Of a DNA stretch of 64,000 nucleotides, positions 1 through 14,799 are shown piece after piece. Origin of the DNA: Mytilus trossulus (taxonomy: Eukaryota); contig NC_086385.1 in NCBI RefSeq assembly GCF_036588685.1, positions 14,407,216-14,471,215 of the forward strand, written 5' to 3'. Under the pieces are notes generated by a model. It ran no database searches and had not been told where the DNA came from. It saw only the letters and a list, made by a program, of their open reading frames with translations. The translations under genes and the position numbers were made by a program. Positions within the stretch are counted from its first letter, which is position 1. The number at the start of each line of letters is the position of its first letter.

Positions 1-1118
1 ATAAATAAATATGTTTATACTAAACTAAATGAAATAGAAGTACAAGTTTTCAAAGGTTTGTCTGTCAAACCACAAATATTGACATTTTATGGAATGGTTT
101 GGCTGTTATGTACATTTTGTACATATGTACGTCGAGGAATAATTATATTTGAATAACATTTTATAACACTGTTCTGATCCTTATAAATCATAGTATTAAC
201 AACATGTACATGTATATGTAGGAGAAATTAATTTTGGACGTCAATCAAAAAAGGAAGCAGTTTTCCTGTTTGATGTGTGATTATGCAAAAATACCTGGAA
301 TTTTAAAGTACTTTTGCACTAAAGTGAGTATACATTTGTATATATTTAGTATACTTCATCTGGTGAATGTATTCATGTACATGTAAGTTCATGAGTAAGT
401 TTTAATTTTTGTACACATACATGTACTTTAGAAATGGAGTGATTTAAAATGAGTCAATATTAATCAGGTGGTCTGTTTTTGATTGATTAAACCCTATGTT
501 AAATGTAAGTTAATTACATGTGCATCAGTCTTCATGATAAACTTTTGAGTGACAGTCCACAAGCCCAAAGATCAATTTTTCAAAAAAATTAGTTGGATTC
601 TGTTGGCTTGTACTAGAGAAGAATTTTACACGCCAGGGCTATAGGACTTGTGCACATGGTATAAAGTATGAAGACTGTGTACATAACAGGAATGAGATCA
701 TGTGGTATAATGAGTGCCAATGAGATAACTCTACATCTAAGTACCAATGTGTAAACAATGATCTACAGTTATAAATTGGTGATGGCATGCCAGGTGATTG
801 AAAAAGTAGGAAAACACATGAAGACGTCATTAATGTTAAAAAAAATAATGAAATATTTGACCATTAAATTGAATTCATGGAATTTGCAAGATAAAACTGA
901 AAATGAATTGAAGGCTTTATTAAGTATTATTATTTCATGTGTTTCATTCCCTCTGAAAAGGGAGTTAACTCTGTCATAATTGATTCATAATCAGTGAAAG
1001 AGTACATGTTTATCATATTATTTTACACTTATTTAAAAACTAAAAAAATAAAAATAAAGATAAAAAAAAACCCTGTATTTAGGGTTTCCATTCATAAGAA
1101 AATAAGCTCTATAATAAA

Positions 1119-1278
1119 CATACCCGTAGCCAGGGGGGTTCTGGGGGTTCGGACGACCCCCCCCCCTTGAAAACAAATAAGCACTGTTAAAGTCAATGTT
1201 CTGTTCGAATTGTGACTGTTAAAGTCAAGTTTGTGAGTCCAACGAACTCCCCTTTGGAAATTCCTGGCTACAGGCCTG
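1119..1278. mobile_element. Small MITE with G-run/C-run interior
   Basis: catacccgtagccagg / cctggctacaggcctg imperfect TIR; similar architecture near 10791-10950. Confidence 0.6.
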
Positions 1279-1972
1279 AAAAATCCTTTTACCTTAATAC
1301 CCTAATTTCTAAATGAGGAAAACATATACATGTACATGTACACATATTCTTTATTTAGCTTTTGTCAGAAATGTGTTTTAATCTTGTAAATGTAACATAT
1401 TATGTCATCCATGTCAGAATCTTGTTTGAAAGTTCTTAGGAAAACCATAAGCGTTACCTTTCAAATCTTGATTTTAACTAAGAGAAAATTTATGAGTGAG
1501 ACTTTATTGTAATTATAAAGTATCATGTTGTTAAGATTACATTTCTTAATTTTGCATGTTTTTGCATTTTAATTATTCTTGGAATTAAATGCATGACATA
1601 ATATTCAATTTTAATAGAGATTATAATCTTATGTAGATCGAGCTGATAAAAACCAAGGACAAAAATATAACTCTATTTTACCAAGGATTTCTATACAAAT
1701 ATCTGTCTAAAAATTCAAAAACAAGGGTAGCAAAAATCATTAACACAATGTATTTTTTCTTTAAAGTTCCCTAATTATAAGTTGAGGAGATTGGGGGACA
1801 CTGACTGTCATTAGAGGGGATTGTACAATGTTGTATAGTCATGTTTCAGTTATTCTCTAAATAATCAATGGAATTTTCCCCTGAAAAGGGTGGGGAGCAA
1901 TACCCAGACATATGTTTGCACAATTTTACGAATAGATCAGACTGTAGATTATATTGTATATATTTTTTAAAA

Positions 1973-2228
1973 ACATGGTCATGGTCAAGTAATTTGATCA
2001 GATCTACATGGACATGGTCAAGTAATTTGATTAGATCTATATGGACATGGTCAAGTAATTTGATTAGATCTATATGGTCATGGTCAAGTAATTTGATCAG
2101 ATCTACATGGATATGGTCAAGTAATTTGATCAGATCTATATGGACATGGTCAAGTAATTTGATCAGATCTATATGGACATGGTCAAGTAATTTGATTAGA
2201 TCTATATGGACATGGTCAAGTAATTTGA
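1973..2228. repeat. 33-bp minisatellite, about 7.7 copies
   Basis: atggacatggtcaagtaatttgat(c/t)agatctat. Confidence 0.95.
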
Positions 2229-3043
2229 ATAGCTCTGTGGACATGTTATAAAAAGACAATAAATTTTCTCAAAAGTAATACTTTTCATCATGTACCTACA
2301 AAAAAACAAGAAAGGGTATGAAATACTAACATAAATATATATACAGGTACATGCTTAAGTACTGTTAAGTTTAGCAACAAATGTTTTTAAAATTTAAATT
2401 TCACAACCATAAACATGATAAACATGATAAACAGATATCATAAAATAACAAATGATATTATTTATCTTATATATAGGCTAAAGTGCAAACTTACTCAACC
2501 GAAAAATTATTAAAAAGTAACTTCCTCAACTTACATTTAAAGTCATATAACACTTTATCACTTTATACATGTATATGTTAATGCATGATTTAATCTTGGG
2601 AAAATCTAGATTCAGAATAATTTTTTGTCACCTGCTAGACTATAATATTTATTTTCATCAAATTGGGGATCAGAATATATTTTAGGGAAAAAGTCATAAC
2701 CCCAGTCCCTTACCCCCCTCCTTTTTTTGAAGTTTAATGGTTGTTCCCTTAGTTAAATGTGATAACGCTATGGTGCATAATGGTGAAATAGTAAAACTGC
2801 GACAATACATGTATTGGCAATCGATTACCGTTGAATTAATTTTGGGGTGAGTTTTTGTGATAACCACATGCAATTTCTGTGGATTACGATATCGATGTTC
2901 TTCTATATTATATTGTAAATAAATAATTTATTCATCTGGCATGTATCTGTTGTATTGTAATTTATATAAACTGAAACAACACATTGTTAAAAAGGCCTGG
3001 AAGACTAGATGTACAAATTATGTAAAAAAATAATTTCTACACT

Positions 3044-3107
3044 AATAAAATTGAGAAAGGAAATGGTGAATGTGTCAAAGCGACAACAACCCGACCATAG
3101 AGCAGAA
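3044..3107 (-). mobile_element. Family A end fragment
   Basis: aataaaattgagaaaggaaatggtgaatgtgtcaaagcgacaacaacccgacc. Confidence 0.7.
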
Positions 3108-3139
3108 AACTTAATATATATTATATTGAGATCAAATAA

Positions 3140-3615
3140 CATGCACATAAAATAAATAAAGAAAACATGATAAATAACATACACAGATTTAATAAATAAG
3201 GACTTAGATAAATTTGGAAAGATTCATAAATTTTGAAAAAAAAAAAAAAAAATCATTTTGATTACCTCATGTACAAAAATGTATATTTATTGTAATAAAA
3301 TAAATAATGTGCAGATGTGAAAAAAGGTAACATGATAAATAACATATACATAGACTTAATTAGGACTGGGAATTTTTTGTAAAAATAAATAAATTTTCTT
3401 TTGGATTTCTACAGTAATTGAGATACAATTTGTATTGTAAATAAATACTGTGCAGATGTAAATAAAGGAAACATGATAAATAACATGCATAGATTTAATT
3501 AGGACTGGGATTTTTTTTGTTAAAATAAATAAATTTTCTTTTGGATTTCAAGTATACATGGTATATGAGATATCGTAAATAAATTATGTGCAGATGTAAA
3601 TAAAAGGAAACATTC
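3140..3615. repeat. Diverged tandem repeat, about 140-165-bp unit, 3+ copies
   Basis: Recurring aacatgataaataacat and tgtgcagatgt. Confidence 0.7.
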
Positions 3616-4375
3616 AAAGAGATAATCCCTTAAAATTTAGGACACCGTTTTATCAGTTGTTTACGAGGAATTTTAAATTAAAATCTTCTGTAAATATTGT
3701 CCAGCATACACACAACTTTTCATAAGTTTATTTATCCTAAGGTTACTTTTATCATGTTTGACGAGGTCGTGAAGGTCAAATTCATTTCGAAATCAGATGA
3801 TTTAAGACGAAATAGGATTGGAAGACAACATTTGTTTTACGAAAGTTTGACGTAACGAGAAGATTTAAAATCTTAGTGTCATAGATATATTTACAAAAAT
3901 ATAGTAGTGAATTTGCTTAAAGGGTTATTTGTTTTTCTGTTAACAGTAAGTGCTAGTGGACTCCTTAATGTTAGCGTCATGATATATTTACAAAATATAG
4001 TAGTATAATTGATCATGATTACATGGATCTTTGATATCTGGATTAGATCTAGAAGTTTGAAGTAACAAGAAGACTAAAATCTGATTGGTTTATGATTTTG
4101 TGATTACATTCACTGTTTTACAGTAAGAACTATTTCTAGAAGATTTATGTAACAAAAAGACTCTTTAATCCTAGTGTCAGTCACTGTTATAAAAATTAAT
4201 ATAGTACATGTAGTGATTTTGTGGTTAACAGTAATTAAGGACTTAAATTCTATATACCGGTAGTTTGACTTATAAAGAAAACTCAAAATATTAGTGTCAT
4301 AATATATACAAAATTTGTTGATATGGTGATACATTTGATATTTCTGATAAATATACAAAATTTGCTGATATTTAT

Positions 4376-4623
4376 AGATTATCGTTGATCATCTCAACGA
4401 GATTGATTTTCTCGCTTGAGCCGGGACGGTGAAAGCGAGAAAATCAATCTCGTTGAGATGATCAACGATAATCTGTTTATCGCTATTTTACCTATGACGA
4501 CGTTGTCAATTTCGTTAGCAACGCCATGTGCCTGCTTAGTTTCTAGCAATAATATTCCAAGAAGCCTGATATGAAAATTATCACAAAAAAAGATCAAAGG
4601 TAAAATGCACAAAATAGCGATAA
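4376..4623. mobile_element. Palindrome plus inverted-repeat element
   Basis: Perfect 42-bp arms (4376-4417, 4433-4474), then perfect 13-bp IR TTATCGCTATTTT (4477-4489, 4611-4623). Confidence 0.75.
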
Positions 4624-6164
4624 GATTATTTATTTCATATTTTGGTAAACAGGTAGTTCTAGGACTGTTCTAGAATTTTTGTGTATCAAGATAGAGCAAG
4701 ACTCAAAATTTTATAATTATGTATATACATGTAACTATAAACATTGTATTTTCTCATTGGCTTTAAAAGCATACAGAACGTTCACATAATGAATATAATA
4801 TATTTTATTTTTATACATGTATATACATGTATGTATCTGTATTGCAACCGGGCTCAAGAAAAAATCACTCACTGAGAGTGTAAATAATAGATTTAGTTCA
4901 ATGTACCTAAATAATTATTTTCCTATATATCATGTATATATGCAACAGCAATGATTATGAGTTATGACATCATGGAAATTACATGTTTATGATTTTTTTA
5001 CCTTTGATATTAAAACAGATAACATTTTAAGTGTAAAAGCAGTTAATATCTTGAGCAAATCTTAAAACTTGGACAAAAAAAGTCTGATACAAGTTGACTT
5101 ACACATACATATCAGTATCAAATCAGTGTGATGTATTATGCCTTCACGATTTACAAAATAGTAGCGAAATTCATTATATGGTTTATAATATATAATTTTC
5201 TGGTTAAACTATGAAATTTTGATGTAACAACATTTTAAAGCCTTATATGCATTTCTATTTTCAAAAATTTAGAAGTGACTTGTTATTGGTCTATATATAT
5301 ACGTGTAATCAGGTTATTTGATTCAGCGCTAAAACAGGTACAACTGTACTTAAGTAGTTTGACTTGACAATATTTACAAAGTTTTGAAGTGACTTTTGTT
5401 TGGTCTGTACTTAGATTATTTGATTCTGTGCTTAAAACAGGTTCAACAGTGAGTGTTCTTGTAGTTTGCTGTAGTTTTACGTAATACGTAAGAAAACTAA
5501 ATCTTCTGGTAATGTTTACAAAGTTTGGAAGTGAATTCTGATTGGTCTATAATTAAGTCATCTGATAACCTAGTTGTAGAAAATTGATTTACATTATAGG
5601 TACATTGTACATGTATTTATCATTTTCAATTTTGTAGTTGTTTTGTTTTAAGATTTAAATACTTATCGATGAATAATCTTAACAATTCTGCATGAATATG
5701 CAATAAGCATAAAGTTTATAGAAATACATGTAAATGTATGCTGTTTAAGGAAAAAGGGGTGTTCAATAGAAAATGATTGTTTTTATTTGACAGCGATCGA
5801 TGCTTATTAGAGATTTGTGACAGAAAGCCGTTTCAGAACATTATGGGTAATATTTCAAAATGTAAAGCACCAAAACATGGCATTGGCTTCTACCATTCTT
5901 TAATTTGGAAATCAACCAGTGATATGACCAAAATTTTTTTGGGGGTTCAACACAATGAAACTACCAATTAATTCCAGTAGATTCTGAAATGGCAAAATGT
6001 TCTGATTTGGGTTGTTTTAAAGAGCTTTTAAAAGTACATGTATGTAAATGTACATGCATGTTTGATGGAAGTTGATGTTTTTGTTTTGTAATATAAAGAT
6101 ATATGCATTGAAGATTATAACCAGTGCTACATGTATTTCCAATTCTGACTTTGTTTATTTTTAG

Positions 6165-6284
6165 AAGTGTGACTTTTGGACGACAATTGCTGCTCCACAG
6201 ATTAAGACAAAGGATAATATCTTAAACAAGCAAACTATCGAAAAGATAAATAAAGAAGCCAACTAAAGCAGGAAAAGTTCAAAG
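6165..6284 (+). other. Candidate non-coding 5'-UTR exon
   Basis: Acceptor ctttgtttatttttAG, donor AAG|GTATAT, 120 nt non-repetitive. Link to the SLC4 gene is inferred only. Confidence 0.35.
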
Positions 6285-7386
6285 GTATATTATCAGTTCA
6301 TTAGAATATGAATGTTTTTGTCTGAAAATGCTTCATGAGAGTGCTTCAAAAGCAAATTTGATATCAGATATCTCGGGGCGGGCACAGTTTTTTTGCAGTT
6401 CAGTGTCAAGTTCTAGGTATATTATAACTAACCAATGGCAGTGAAGCGTATTGTAGTATACCTGTCAACAGAATGTCCATCTGTTTTGATGTACATGTAC
6501 ACGTATCACTAAATCTCAAAATCTTTAAATATCCTTCAACATTAACATAACATATATGTCCCTATGTTTTTATGTAAAAAAATTACATGTCCAAATCTCA
6601 AAATCTTAGAAAAATTATCTACCTTACTTGCATGGCCCAAAATCTTTAAAAAAAAAATTAAAAAAATTAAGATCTAAGATTAAAGTTATAGAATTTTTGG
6701 GCTAGTCAATGGTCATGTGTAGTTTCACATTTATTTAACATAAATCATGTCATTGACTATATCAGGATCCTTTTGATTACAATTTGTTATGACTTTATGA
6801 GTTTTGAAGGTTGCAGTAACATCACATTTGATATGGGTTTTGAATCTTAACGGATACAAAAAATGTTTTTGACATTATTTTTCAATCATTTTTTTTATTT
6901 CAAAATTTATAAGACATTGAAGCCTTGAGGTAAGCCTCCTTTAATTTGATTTTTATTTTCACAAAACAGTTTCGGAGATGAAATCTTAACAGAGGCAACT
7001 TAATGTGGACTTTTTAACCTGGTTTATATATTTAAATATCGTCCAAATTGAATATTAATTCAAACTTGAGATAAAAAGGATCAAAATTCCGATTTATCTC
7101 TAAGTGATTTTGAGGTCATGTGACAGTAAAACATTCGTAAATTATGTTTGGCGGTCATTTACTGATATGAATGGCTTTGTAGTCATTTCTTCAATATTAC
7201 TATTAGGAGTGTTTACCTTTATAAAATTATCTGTAAATCAGTGTTTCCTAAGGCTTTTAGAAAAAAATGGACATATTACCTTAACTGGACCAAAATCTTC
7301 CTACAGGGCATTTACACATATGATTTAAATATTTTTGCTGCTCATTTTGACCAATTAAACATATCATAACTGGACCTAACCAATAT

Positions 7387-7546
7387 ACCTTATTGCTTTT
7401 TGGAAATCTTTGCCGCAAGAACTATTGACGTCATACAACAATCACTTTTCAATTGTGGTGTTAGATATTTTGTTACAAATGACGTCAAAATTTTACTGAA
7501 ACATTTGTGATGTCCAGTAATTATGACGAACAAAAAGCAATAAGGT
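7387..7546 (-). mobile_element. 160-bp MITE, same family as 58372
   Basis: TIR accttattgcttttt; reverse complement aligns with 58372-58490. Confidence 0.7.
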
Positions 7547-7602
7547 TTATATTACTGGTCAATTGACCTTGGGAATGACTGGTACATATAGAATAATAGG
7601 TA

Positions 7603-7693
7603 GTTTCGTTTTTGATACTGACTATATCATGGTGAAAATCTAGATGAGCTCGTAAGATATTCCACATGATATAGTCAGTATCAAAAACGAAAC
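7603..7693. repeat. Palindrome with perfect 29-bp arms
   Basis: gtttcgtttttgatactgactatatcatg / catgatatagtcagtatcaaaaacgaaac. Confidence 0.85.
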
Positions 7694-8065
7694 ATAACGT
7701 GTGTAATTATTCTGTTTATTGGAAATTATGACTCCCAAAATGTATTGCCTAATATTTTCAGTGATACAGCCAGTACGTTGATACTCTAATATATTAGGCA
7801 GTAAGATCAAAGGGAAAGTATATGAATTACCGATAAATACATGTAGCTCAAAAATTATTTTAAACCTAAGGTCTTAACATGTTAGGGCAAAGTTGACAAT
7901 ATAAGGATTTAGCTTTTCAAAGTTTTGTCATGTAGCTCCTCAGTTACTCCATATATAATCTATATGTTTACATCCTGGGCTTTTAATTTCTTTTAGAGCC
8001 TTCCTTCATCTCTAAGTAAATCAATCACCAAATTTATAAAGTGATATTTTCATAGTGCAATTACA

Positions 8066-8538
8066 TATTATTCTATAAAATAAAAGTTGTACATGTTATT
8101 GCATCCTGTAGAGAGAGGACTAGACTGTGTAAAACTATGTTGGTTGATAATATAATATATAATCGTCCTTCCCTACGCCTACATCACCCTGCTCTGTTGC
8201 TCAATAATTCTCTTATCAAGACTTCAAAACGAGACCAGACATTATCAACGACATTACAATGTGAGAGGAGAAGTTATCAACAACATCACAATGCGAGAGG
8301 AGACGTTATCAAGCTTGCTTTTGTCAAGCGTAAAACTGTCTTAGGGAGAGGAAAAAATACCATTTTAATAGAACAATAAACAGATAATCAGGTTTTCTAC
8401 GTATAGATATCGTTAAATATCAGCTGCCTGACACAATGTGAAACTTTTTAGCTCGTTCACTACGCTCACTCCCCAAAAAAGGTTCACATTGTGGCTCGCG
8501 GCTGATATTTTACGATATCAATATGTAGTAAACCTGAT
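8066..8538. mobile_element. Palindrome plus inverted-repeat element, opposite orientation, decayed
   Basis: IR tattattctataaaat / attttaatagaacaata (8066-8081, 8362-8378), then imperfect palindrome 8387-8538. Confidence 0.65.
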
Positions 8539-8785
8539 ACATGTAATTTATACTTATTATACTCCAGCTCCTGTGGAGAGGAGAATAAACATTAGTTAAC
8601 ATAAATAATATTAAGGGCCCTTCATCCCTTACAACAAGTCTTTGAGGTGGCATGTTTCTATACGTAGCCTACAAGGGTGGATTCAGCCCTTTCTAAAAGG
8701 GTTCAGTTTCATCCAAGGGAAAAAGGGGGAGGCATACTGCCACTGGTCTAAATTTCTGTCCCTTTATAAGCAGTTATTGTCCAAA

Positions 8786-9003
8786 TTACCTTCCGTTTAT
8801 TTTTGTTCACCCATATTACAGGACCTTTCTTCTGTTTTTATTTGCATTGTAAATTATTTGGTCCTCAATGTTCTTCAACTTCATACTTTATTTTGGCCTT
8901 TTAAACTTTTTTGGATTTGAGCGTCACTGATGAGTCTTTTGTAGACCAAACATGCGTCTGGCGTATATACAAAATTTAGTCCTGGTGTCTATGATGAGTT
9001 AAT
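8786..9003 (+). mobile_element. Diverged retrozyme-family copy with mutated hammerhead (8921-8964)
   Basis: gcgtca CTGATGA gtct-tttgt-agac CAAA catgc GTC tggcgt; GAAA core changed to CAAA; flanks similar to the 38945 element. Confidence 0.75.
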
Positions 9004-12000
9004 TTAGTTCTCATCCTGAACATGCAGGAAATATTGGCCACTGGACATTAACATAGTTACACCTGACTTTTTGATAGCTCTTAATGAATTCAAAAAAGAA
9101 TTCCAAAACTGCAAGCTACATGGTTTAATTCTGCTGTTATGATCAGCTGTTGAAATTCACTTGCACCATTATCCTGAAGTTATTACAGCAATTAGTGTAT
9201 AATTTAAAATAACTTATAAATGTTTATATAAGATCAAAAGATGGTTTTCAATGGATGAGATTAAAAGTTTTTATTTTGTTTGGTCTACATCTTACATGAA
9301 TGAAGATTTCCTCATTTAGATACATCTGTAGGTTCATTTTGGCTTGAATGTTGATGCAAGAATTCTTTTCTTCGAAAAAACAGAATAGAATCTTTGAATT
9401 TGTAGGTGTACTTCAAGAAACAGTAAAATCTGTTATTTTGGCACACATTTTACAAAATTCTTATAATTGATTGATTTATTCTTGTTTACTTTAAATAAAT
9501 ACTTTCAAAGTCAAATAAATTACAACCCATTTTAGTGGTATGACTTTTTTATGAAAATGATTCACGTTTTTTAGTAGAAATTAAGTAAAATATTATTCAT
9601 GTATGCTTGTTTAGATTATGCTCGTTCTGCTTCAAGTTGCAGCCATTTTTGGGACTTTTTACAGACCCCAAGACAGGGTCCATAATGAAGACTATGTTTT
9701 TAATGTCAATTATGCATGTTTCTAATTAATTTTTTTTTATTTACATCACTTCACTTTTATATCATTGTCTATTTTTAAAACTACTTTATGGGGAAGTCAA
9801 ATAACATGAATATCCTGCTTAGTGATTTAACAGAAATGCTTAATTTTATATTCCATATGCAACTACATATACATGCATTGATTAGTTTTTGATTTAATGC
9901 ATTTACCAGGCCATCAATGAAAAAGATAGATTTTTACAAAAATAACTTTGTTTTGTTAACTGTATCCTGGCAAAGTATTGGTTTAATACAATTTATCATT
10001 TCACCTGATTAATTTGACTTGAGTTCATACCAATAAATTTCGCTTGGAGGATGTTGTTAAAAGTACGCATGACCTTTGCTTTAAATTCATCATTGCCATA
10101 TTAAACCAAAAGCAATATTGAATATTTTTGTTTGTTTATTTGCGTAAAAATCCAACTCAGAAAGGGAATTATTCTTATGTATTGCTAAGGTTTATAGTGA
10201 CATCGCCATAAAGGTATAAGGACTTCAATTTATCAAAAATCCTGAATTTTTAATTTGTTTTCCTCTAAAAGGTTAAAATAAATGTTATATCAATGTAAAT
10301 GCAGTGGTATTTTCAAGTAAAACACACAAATTTTGATTGGAAGTTCAAAACTACTTTGTGCATATGTTGTGTTAAGAAGTACAAATAAAATTTGAATTTT
10401 GACAAGGATTTTAACAAATAAAAAATGCATCTAAGTGCACTGAAGTATTTGTTTTGAATATCCTGCAAGTCTGACCGGTGAGTAATCATTTGGAGATTTG
10501 AAACAAAATATATTTATTGCTCATAGCATGAATATTTAAGCTGACATGCTATAAAATAATTCATAAAATATTGTTTTATTTACATATTGCCATCAAAGAA
10601 TTATAGGCATACAAGGTTGCATGTATTTTTCAGTAAGGAATTTTTGTGGTACATTATTTATTATTTTTAAATTCCAGTAATACTTGATGTTTATTTTAGT
10701 AAATAAGTTAGACAGAATTTTAAACATTAAAAACAAACTGACATTAAAACAGAAACCAGGAAGTAGTCAAGTAAGTAAGTAAAATTTATTTCACTGGCAG
10801 GATCCAGGGGAGGGTTCCGGGGATTGGAACCGCCCCCCCCCCTTTTTCTTTGGATGATAAATGCATTTGAATGGGGAGCTGGGTAAGGAATCCCCCCTTT
10901 ATCCTGGGTTGAGAACCTCCCCTTTTGAAGATGGTTCGATATGCAGCTGGATTTAGTGTTGTCCAGAGTATAAATATGTTAACAGTCTCCAAGCTCAGGC
11001 TAAATGTTTATAAAATGCCTATAATGGTTACTGTGGATCATTCCAAATTTTACGAATTGAGCTAGCGTCTCAGCAAGGAACAATTGTTAAATTTAAGAAA
11101 ATATTTGATTTCATGGTTTTTTCAAAGTTTGCATACAGCACAAGACTTTTAATGCATTGGTGCTTGAGGCACATGTTTTTGAAGGAAAAACCTAATTCTA
11201 AGTTTGAACTGTTATTAAAACCAATTATGATGTACACATGATAATTAATACTCTCCAAAAATAAGAGCTGTCAGCATTTAATGGATTTAAGATTAAAAAT
11301 TTTGAAAATTGCAATTGTCATCAAAATCAGTTTTTTTCAATGATAAAATCAAAATTAATTCAACTCTGAAATTGAGATCAATTTAAATACATACATGGTA
11401 ATATTGTCCAAAAATAAGAGCTGTCATTGTTGTTTTTTTAATGTCCTTTTAAAGCTATATAGGACGAATTGGATACTGTTATAGACCAGGGGTCATGGCG
11501 GTGACAATTATGTCATTCATACTTGCTGTTTGAAGTATAATTATTTTAGATCACATGGCACAAAATTTTGCTGGCATGATGACTTTTTTATACCCGCATG
11601 CTCCCATGACCCTAATATTAAATTCCGTGTTGAACAACCTTGATAAGACCTTGAAAACTACTTTTTGGGATGCTTCGATCTTATTTAAAAAGTAATAAAC
11701 TAAAAAGGGTGGATGTTATACAATGTATCAAATTTAATGTTGTAAAAAAACCTTGAAAAGACCTTCAATTCTTAATGTACTTGAATATAAGGACATGTTA
11801 GATAATAAGAAAAAGTCATATAGGTTAGATAAGAATATTTAAAAGGAAATAACCAAAGAACTTTTCTTTCTGGTTCTCATCTCATCTTGACTACAAAAAG
11901 GAGGTACTATATCTAGATGAAGGGACACAACTCTCAATGATCATTGGTATGTTTTATGATATTCATTTTAATTATTATAACACAAGCTTTAAAGTAACAC

Positions 12001-13911
12001 AGGCAAATTTAATTCTGTTTCACATGATTCTTTCAAGTTTATTAAGAAATCATACTTTTACAAACACATTAATGATTAAATGAGTTGTCTATCTTAACTC
12101 TGAGGCTTATGCCCTTGTAAGGACCTCACATCTTCCAATTCAGAAATTATTGCAATCTTTTTATGATTGTGAAAATTGCAACAATGTTATAATTGTAATG
12201 ATTTAAACTTCCATTTAAACAGGATTTTTCTCAATATTGCAAAATATTTATCAAATAATAATCACATTTATGTCCAGAATGACAAAATCACAAAAATAAA
12301 TACATGCAATAATTGATGATTTTACAATATTTAGATACAAATTGATATACAGTAGTTTTAAGCGTCAGTTAGCTGGGGAACTTTAAAATGCTGTAAACTT
12401 AAAAAAAATATGGCCTATTTTTTTTTGTAATTGTATAAAAAATGCTTTAATAGATAATTAGATTTTCAATAGATGTAGCAAAGTATTGTAAATTCAGAAA
12501 TTTTGGCATGCATTTAACAATAGCAAATGTGGAACACTTTAACAAAATGTGATATTTATTATTGCAATTTCATGAAATTTTTATTTCCCCATTTCCCCCA
12601 AACTTGATATTGCTTAAATTGTGACTAAAAATGGGATGAAGTCAGTTGTCTCATTGGCACTGACATACCACATCTTCTTATATCTTATATATTGTTGCTT
12701 TATATATATCATGTTTACGAGGTATAGCACCCCAGACTTTTATAATAACTATTTAAAGGAACAATTTGTATTAAATTATCAAAAATCATCGACTTGAAAA
12801 GTTTTCATACTGGCCATATGTGAATGGAATTTTAGTCAACAGAGGGATTGGTCTAGATCTGATTCCTAAAGCTGAATGTAAGGTCTATAAATAGAACGTG
12901 GGGAAATTATTTGGCAACCAAAATAGAAATATTTTGTCACATGGTATAATAACATTCCCTATACTCATACATGTAGAGTGAGTCAGATTTATTAATGTAA
13001 ACTTAAGACTTGTGATACAATAACATACACACTTTATACTGTTAGTAATGTACTTTGTATAATAGCCTATATATTTTTTCGTATTTTTGTGGAATTTACC
13101 TTGAAATATATCAGGTTTGTTTATATTTGTCACTATCAATTTTGTCATCTGCATGTATATATATTAATGGTGTAATTTAGTCTCCCAGTTATTTCAAAAA
13201 GAGCAGTCTGTGTCAAAAAAAAATTCAGCTTCTAGTCCTGGTGAGACACTCAATAATAGCAAAACTTGTCCCCATTTACGTTTAGGTGCTTATTTGTCAA
13301 TATGCCGAATCCAAATAAAGTTTTACTTACTTATATGACTATATAAAAAAATTGAAAATTTTCACTTGTCTAAATCAATTTTTGCTAGTCTGGGGCATTG
13401 GATTATATTAGTGGCTATAACAGTGCAAAAATAAATTTGCCAAAAAATCATTTTTTCTTGTAAAATTATCGCCCTATTACATGAAAACATTTTTTTGGGG
13501 CAAATTTATATTCTCAATCTAATAAAGCATTTTTTAATTTGCTGCTATTTAAAATTTAGCTTTACAATGATTGTATAATGGAAAGAGATGTGTATGGTGG
13601 TTTTTTTATTCATTACTAAAATCCATTAGGAAAATCCAGTGTATTTTTCGTCCTCATTTTCATATAACTTCTAAGGAAAGCGAAACAAAACCAATTATCC
13701 TCTATTTGAAATTCATTACACGTTGTAAGCACCTAAACGTAAATGAATTGCATAAATTTTAGCATATCAAGGGAATAAAACATAGAAAGTATGACAAGAG
13801 TTATCCAACTGCCCACCCCAAACAGACCACCAGCTATCAGGAACACTGACTCAGTTCAGTGACTACCTTTTCTGTCATCCTGTTTCTGGTTATATTTAAC
13901 ATTGTTATATT

Positions 13912-14110
13912 CCAGGCCTGTTATAGCTTACTATGCAGAATGGGTTTTGCTTATTGTTGAAGGCCATATGGTGACCTTTAGTTGTTAATTTCTATGTTAT
14001 TTGGTCTCTGGTTGAGAGTTGTCTGTTGTTTGTTATCCTACCCCATCTTCTTTTTTGTAAGAAATGTTAATATAAATAAGAAGATGTGGTATAAGTGCCA
14101 ATGAGACCAT
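13912..14110. mobile_element. Two family B fragments tail-to-tail
   Basis: + copy 13912-14058 and - copy 14070-14110. Confidence 0.6.
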
Positions 14111-14435
14111 TTACATCTGGGAAGTCATTTTCATGGGAGAGAACTCTTGTACAAATCAAGAAACTCAAAATGTTTTTCGCTGGTGAATTATAGCCTTATA
14201 GGATTCTTCACCTGACTACTTAGTGTTAAATTTTAGGGTTATTCGTCCTTCATTGCAACTAAACGAAAATTATCTGAATTATTCCATTGTCACTTGATAA
14301 CATGTTGCCCAATAGAACTGTTCGTTATATATGTATAATAAACTTAATTGTAATGTCATCAAATCAGATATTACATATTCACTACATATATTTTAATTAT
14401 AATAATGACTTGACATATCTTGGTTTTATTTTCAG

Positions 14436-14550
14436 ATTTCTTTGAATTTTTCACTAACCGTCGTGACGGCTCAGTTAGTCATCACGGAGTTACTTTGCAG
14501 TCACATCTGTTTTACCAATAGGATTTACCAACAAGATCTCACATAGCCTG
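14436..14550 (+). other. Candidate non-coding 5'-UTR exon
   Basis: Acceptor ggttttattttcAG, strong donor CTG|GTAAGG, 115 nt, no ATG. Confidence 0.4.
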
Positions 14551-14611
14551 GTAAGGCATACACATTATTATTAAAAAAATTTCATAATAAACATAGAGTC
14601 ATATTCATTTT

Positions 14612-14799
14612 GAGAATCCAAAGTCAGATGTTACTAGGAAGTCGGAGTGCCTTGTAAAAACTACTGACCTGTCATAGGAAAGCTGACAATCCTAGTCAGT
14701 TAAGATTGAAGTCAAGTGCACCTGCATGAGTGGGGTTTGAACTCACAACCTCAGTGATGACTGGCTGTACTCCTTAGACCACACGGCCACTGAGGCCTC
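14612..14799 (-). mobile_element. tRNA-derived SINE
   Basis: - strand begins gaggcctcagTGGCCGTGTGGtctaag (A box) ... GAGTTCAAACC (B box); related decayed pieces near 48270-48420 and 39630-39690. Confidence 0.7.

Noticed and set aside
1846-2259. Repetitive ORFs on both strands (IKLLDHVHIDL / WSSNLIRSIWT)
   Set aside because: Produced by a 33-bp stop-free minisatellite; no splice or homology support.
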